A stretch of DNA of 64,000 nucleotides, taken from assembly GCF_009834535.1 (NCBI RefSeq), contig NC_045697.1, forward strand, positions 99,882,001 to 99,946,000. The letters run 5' to 3'. Both the position numbers and the translations under genes were made by a program. Shown here in pieces: positions 62,001 through 64,000 of the stretch; the stretch's first letter is position 1; each line of letters opens with the position of its first letter. Source of the DNA: Camelus ferus (Eukaryota). A model generated the notes under the pieces. That model was not told the DNA's origin, did no database searches, and worked only from the letters and a program-made list of their open reading frames with translations.

Positions 62001-63257
62001 TGTGAAGACATGACAGAAACCCACCTCCACCGCAGACACAAGATTGATGTTTCATAGTCTTCACTGCACATGTAAGTCAGCCTGGGACTTTATTAAACTA
62101 CAGACTCCAAAGCCTGCACAGATTCAGAAGATCCGGGGTGGACTTAGGAGTCTGCCACCGTGGCAGGCGGTCCCAGTGGGTCCGATGCAGAGAATCGACA
62201 GACCAGCTAGATCTCAGCACTTGGCTTTCTGGTTCACAACCTGGACTGTCTCCTCTAAAGACTAAGCTGCTCAGGCTGTGAGCCAGGTGTACTAACCACA
62301 TATTCTAGTTTCTGTATTTGATGTTTTCACATCTTGGGGCCCTGCTGACCCTGGAAGGGACCACCCATCCCAGAGTCAGCCAACTCCTAGGGACAGCAGA
62401 GGACTCACCTGTGAGCGGCCCTTCCATAGGCAGACCAACCAGTGAGCCCACACTCCACTGACCTCCTTCACCTGCTCTCACACTCAGGGCCACCACTCAC
62501 CTGCCCCCATCACCCTAGGGCCAGGCACCAGCCAACTGGAGACAGGCCCTCTGCCCTAGGGCCTGCCAAAACTATCCAACTTGCCAGTCTTAAGCCTGTT
62601 TGCCCTGCCTCCACTGTTTCTTCCCATGGAAACTACAGTAAAGGCTCTTCTCCACACTTCCCCTGCTCTTCTGCCTGCTGACCCGCCCTGGTGCTTCCCC
62701 GTGTGGTCCCCGTGTGGTCCCTGTGGCATGGCGTGCGCCCCCTAGAGGGATCTGCGACTATAACAAGCAATCTTTTCCATGACAGTCATCTGCTCTGTTG
62801 GCCTCACCTCACCTGAACAAGAATGAAACCTACATTTTTTTTTAAAACACCAGGCTGCCTCCAGAAGAAGAGATCTTGCAGGTCCCACGGTCACTTGGAG
62901 CAATGACAACACAGGAAAGAGTGGCAGATTCCATCAAAGAATTGTGAACAATCACCCTATGGTTAAAAGCCACCCAACGCTGGTAAAAAATACACAAAGA
63001 AGTATTACAGATTAAACTCTTCAAATACCCATCTTCACCTGACGCTTACCTCTCGGAGCGGGATGATGAGGCTACACAGGTTCTCCTCCTTGCTGGTAAA
63101 GCAGATGTAGTTTGTGGAGACAAACATCTGCCCCAAAATGTGCATTTTGTTGAATGGAGTCCAGAGGGTGCAGTCCGTGTGGCCGTCTAACTTTTCATCT
63201 TTGGGCAGCCGGAAAAGTGCGCGGTATCGCTCGCTCTTCGCCCTGGCATCGAGATCG
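22321..63257 (-). CDS. TBC1D9: TBC1 domain family member 9 (GRAM + TBC Rab-GAP + EF-hand), last 16 coding exons; gene continues beyond the window end
   Basis: 16 GT-AG exons total 2950 nt and join in frame (1 nt + 982 codons + TGA). Motifs present: GRAM ([26 protein letters not shown]), TBC R-finger IERDLHRS and Q-finger YCQ, EF-hand [13 protein letters not shown]-terminus [10 protein letters not shown]. Confidence 0.97.
23925..24028 (-). CDS. TBC1D9: TBC1D9 penultimate exon ([15 protein letters not shown]...PKLNQ)
   Basis: tttag|GG ... CAG|gtgagt, 104 nt. Confidence 0.95.
24117..24191 (-). CDS. TBC1D9: TBC1D9 exon ([24 protein letters not shown])
   Basis: ggcag|TG ... AG|gtacag, 75 nt, phase 1-1. 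The downstream intron is 88 bp. Confidence 0.9.
24586..24672 (-). CDS. TBC1D9: TBC1D9 exon ([28 protein letters not shown])
   Basis: ctccag|AA ... G|gtaagt, 87 nt. Confidence 0.95.
25598..25663 (-). CDS. TBC1D9: TBC1D9 exon ([21 protein letters not shown])
   Basis: cctag|GT ... G|gtaagt, 66 nt. Confidence 0.95.
27190..27370 (+). mobile_element. MIR SINE
   Basis: cccaacttagatgagaaaagtcaggcttagtgatgttaagtaataggctcaaggtcataagctagtaagtggcaggcccaggatttgaactcag. Confidence 0.75.
28374..29480 (-). mobile_element. Mutator-like (MULE/MuDR) non-autonomous DNA transposon relic, interrupted by an L1
   Basis: Inverted termini at 28374-28430 and 29424-29480 match at 42 of 57 positions without gaps. The minus strand carries a decayed FLYWCH/MULE-transposase-like reading ([19 protein letters not shown]...[11 protein letters not shown], then SGEHF/LAESGLD). 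Confidence 0.65.
28551..29040 (+). mobile_element. L1 3'UTR (partly N-masked) inserted in the MULE-like element
   Basis: L1 3' end ...gttgtacaccagaaactaacataacattatgaatcaactatacttcaattt. Degenerate TSD aagccagattctgtt (28535-28549) / aaggcaggttctgct (29041-29055). Confidence 0.85.
31184..31424 (-). CDS. TBC1D9: TBC1D9 EF-hand exon ([11 protein letters not shown]...[17 protein letters not shown])
   Basis: ttttcag|GCG ... A|gtaagg, 241 nt. Confidence 0.97.
31746..32795 (+). mobile_element. Truncated L1: end of ORF2 plus 3'UTR, two N-runs inside
   Basis: Translates [44 protein letters not shown] (L1 ORF2p C-terminus). Degenerate TSD aaattaattcctg (31733) / aagttaactcctg (32796). Confidence 0.92.
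36233..36301 (-). CDS. TBC1D9: TBC1D9 exon ([23 protein letters not shown])
   Basis: tatag|GTA ... AAG|gtgagt, 69 nt. Confidence 0.95.
36478..36576 (-). CDS. TBC1D9: TBC1D9 exon ([33 protein letters not shown])
   Basis: ccag|AAA ... GTG|gtgagt, 99 nt. Confidence 0.95.
37270..38860 (+). mobile_element. Old L1MC/L1ME-type fragments with a younger nested L1 3'UTR (~37955-38360)
   Basis: Old L1 3' motifs (accattttggaaatccatctggcagtatc; atggatgaacctcaaagaactcatgctgaatgaaaaaag) resume after a younger 3'UTR that ends gctgtacaccagagaaagacacattgtaattgtacttcaataaaa. Confidence 0.75.
40530..40635. mobile_element. hAT-Charlie (MER3/MER33-like) relic
   Basis: gatacagggtgcccagtcacattactgattcagataagcaatgaataa ... 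tgttttatctgacaacccta. Confidence 0.6.
46350..46520. mobile_element. MER5A-like hAT relic
   Basis: ttacctgggaacttttaaaaaatactcattcttaggccttatgccagagatacagatttaactggtctagaatggagcctag. Confidence 0.65.
47890..48133. mobile_element. 5'-inverted (twin-primed) L1 3'UTR insertion with 16-bp TSD
   Basis: TSD aaagcaccacattttt at 47874-47889 and 48134-48149. 47890-48072 is L1 3'UTR in minus orientation; 48071-48133 is the adjacent L1 sequence in plus orientation plus an A-tail. Confidence 0.85.
48954..49083 (-). CDS. TBC1D9: TBC1D9 exon ([19 protein letters not shown]...IRTSYE)
   Basis: ttccag|A TAC ... GAG|gtaggt, 130 nt. Confidence 0.95.
49384..49669 (-). CDS. TBC1D9: TBC1D9 TBC-domain exon ([14 protein letters not shown]...EAMTVLG)
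   Basis: ctacag|GT ... AG|gtattt, 286 nt. Confidence 0.97.
50780..50897 (-). CDS. TBC1D9: TBC1D9 TBC-domain exon ([39 protein letters not shown])
   Basis: ttcag|GCC ... G|gtatgt, 118 nt. Not captured by the ORF track but continues YCQ|AMN in frame. Confidence 0.95.
50995..51130. mobile_element. MER58-like hAT relic
   Basis: caaggggccagcaaacttcttccataagaaaaacacataataaatatttaaaggctttgc...caaccttttaaaaatgtaaaaac. Confidence 0.6.
52443..52660 (+). mobile_element. MER20 hAT relic
   Basis: cagtggttctcagcccagggagactttgctccctgggggacgtctgg ... aattatccagtccccaaggccaacagcaccaaggttgagagaccct. Confidence 0.8.
52764..52978 (-). CDS. TBC1D9: TBC1D9 catalytic TBC exon ([12 protein letters not shown]...IERDLHRS...NIGYCQ)
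   Basis: cccag|GT ... CAG|gtgagt, 215 nt. Arginine and glutamine fingers are intact. Confidence 0.97.
53173..53522 (+). mobile_element. L1 3'UTR fragment with 10-bp TSD
   Basis: ...ataactgaatcactctgctgtacacctgaaactaacacaatattgtgaatcaactatactcc, flanked by aaacctccct at 53163 and 53523. Confidence 0.85.
53925..54057 (-). mobile_element. Vic-1-type camelid SINE
   Basis: Minus strand gggggaggatatagctcagtggtagaatgcatgcatagaaatcctgggttctgtcctcagtatctcc plus the aataaataaaccttattacc extension. Confidence 0.85.
54116..54266. repeat. Compound (TA)n/(CA)n microsatellite
   Basis: Alternating tatata and cacaca arrays. Confidence 0.85.
54703..54854 (+). mobile_element. Vic-1-type camelid SINE (long form)
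   Basis: gggagggtatagttcaagtggtagactgcatccttagcatgaatgaagccctgggttcaatccccagcacctc (A and B boxes), aataaataaacctaattacc extension and A-tail. Flanked by gaaaacac at 54695 and 54855. Confidence 0.9.
56321..56471 (-). CDS. TBC1D9: TBC1D9 exon ([18 protein letters not shown]...GELWLLLS)
   Basis: tttcag|GCC ... G|gtacgg, 151 nt. Confidence 0.96.
57000..57250 (-). mobile_element. L1MA-type 3' fragment
   Basis: tttaaggtgtacagtgtgttgatt...ttggttgtgagaacttaagatctaatttcttagcaacttt. Confidence 0.65.
57293..57463 (-). CDS. TBC1D9: TBC1D9 exon ([16 protein letters not shown]...EEFNPKL)
   Basis: ctgcag|GTG ... TTG|gtgggt, 171 nt. Confidence 0.95.
58288..58494 (-). CDS. TBC1D9: TBC1D9 exon ([20 protein letters not shown]...NSSDDE)
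   Basis: tttcag|GTG ... GAG|gtctgt, 207 nt. Confidence 0.96.
58710..58925 (+). mobile_element. MER20 hAT relic
   Basis: cagtagttctaaatcgagaataatttttgccccccaggagacatctggcaacatctagagacactttcagttgtcacaa. Confidence 0.75.
59802..59889 (-). mobile_element. Vic-1-type camelid SINE (short form) with perfect 16-bp TSD
   Basis: Minus strand ggtatagctcagtgatagagcgtgtgctttgtatgcatgaggtcctgggttcaatccccagtacctc. TSD atatttatacattttt at 59786-59801 and 59890-59905. Confidence 0.9.
62312..62833 (+). mobile_element. MER74-like ERVL solo LTR
   Basis: Starts tgtatttgatgttttcacatcttggggccctgctgaccctgg...agccaactcctagggacagc and ends aaacctaca (TG...CA), matching the recalled MER74 consensus. Confidence 0.75.
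63050..63257 (-). CDS. TBC1D9: TBC1D9 GRAM-domain exon ([18 protein letters not shown]...LIIPLRE), most 5' exon in the window
   Basis: ttccag|C GAT ... GAG|gtaagc, 208 nt. Confidence 0.96.
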
Positions 63258-64000
63258 CTGGAAAGCAACAACAGTAACGCAGCTTACGCAAGAGAAGAGC
63301 TTCAGTGCCTCTAAATGATGCAGCAACGGAGGTTCCCCAGCCCATCTTTCCCCTCCTCCAGCCTGTCAGACTTACTCCTACCTTCCTGGGAGTTAGCTCC
63401 AACCTAGGACCCAAAAACATAATAAAATTATTTTAATATATTTAGGGCCCCTTGGGTTGTCATTTTCACAATCAGTATTTGTAAATGTTCAAGGATCTTA
63501 GGAAAACAAGGCCTAGACAGGCATAATTCTCTTTCTAAAAGAATACGGTAATTGCTAAAGAGATTACTACATTTATACTCATCTAGATGTACTTTCGGGG
63601 TCTTATCTTTTAAGAATGACCAAATGGGAAGGCACAAAAGCCACATGAATCAGCTGACTGTCACTGTCTGCTCTGAACAGACAACAAACCTGCCTGAAAC
63701 ACAGGAGCAACCCAGCTCGGGACAACTCGCGTTTCTAACCTCTCTGGGTCCTCGGGAGGCTACAACCTCCCGAATCAGGTCCTTTTCTGTTTACAGTGGC
63801 GGTTATTTAAACCTCTCCCCTCAAGCTCTTACACCACCTGAGCCCCTGGATGGTCGAGTTTCTGGCTTCACAGGACACAGAGAAGCCCTCCAGCTCCCTC
63901 CCTGCTGTCTCCAAAACTGCCTCCATCCTCACCGACTCTTGCTTCCTTTCCCCGTTTGAAAGGGAGAGGTATCAGCACACACACGCATCCTTCTCCATGC

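Noticed and set aside
1-64000. CRISPR arrays, operons, prokaryotic defence or mobile systems
   Set aside because: None seen. The window is an intron-rich mammalian locus with no regularly spaced repeat-spacer structure.

Overview
Mammalian genomic DNA, almost certainly from a camelid, judged from several Vic-1-type tRNA-derived SINEs. Two genes lie in tandem on the minus strand. The first 43 bp are the start of the UCP1 coding sequence (MVGLTASDVPPTMA...). They are followed by the UCP1 CpG-island promoter with a TATA-like box and the UCP1 distal enhancer about 4.4 kb upstream. From ~20.9 kb to the window end lie the 3' UTR and the last 16 coding exons of TBC1D9 (GRAM, TBC/Rab-GAP, EF-hand, acidic C-terminus). 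All splice junctions are GT-AG and the exon phases join into one open frame of 982 codons plus stop. The rest is intergenic/intronic DNA with L1, L2, MIR, LTR (MLT1, MER74-like) and DNA-transposon relics, plus five N-runs. I found no prokaryote-type system, CRISPR array or novel protein-coding gene. The most interesting observations are: (1) apparent decay and turnover of core motifs in the UCP1 enhancer; (2) a Mutator-like (MULE) transposon relic with long TIRs and recognisable transposase remnants, split by an L1; (3) a twin-primed, 3'-shortened L1 insertion; (4) a candidate far-upstream UCP1 enhancer; (5) a perfect 44-bp duplication and an L1 insertion with an 18-bp TSD in the UCP1 5' flank. 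Family names and cross-species comparisons are from memory and need confirming by alignment.
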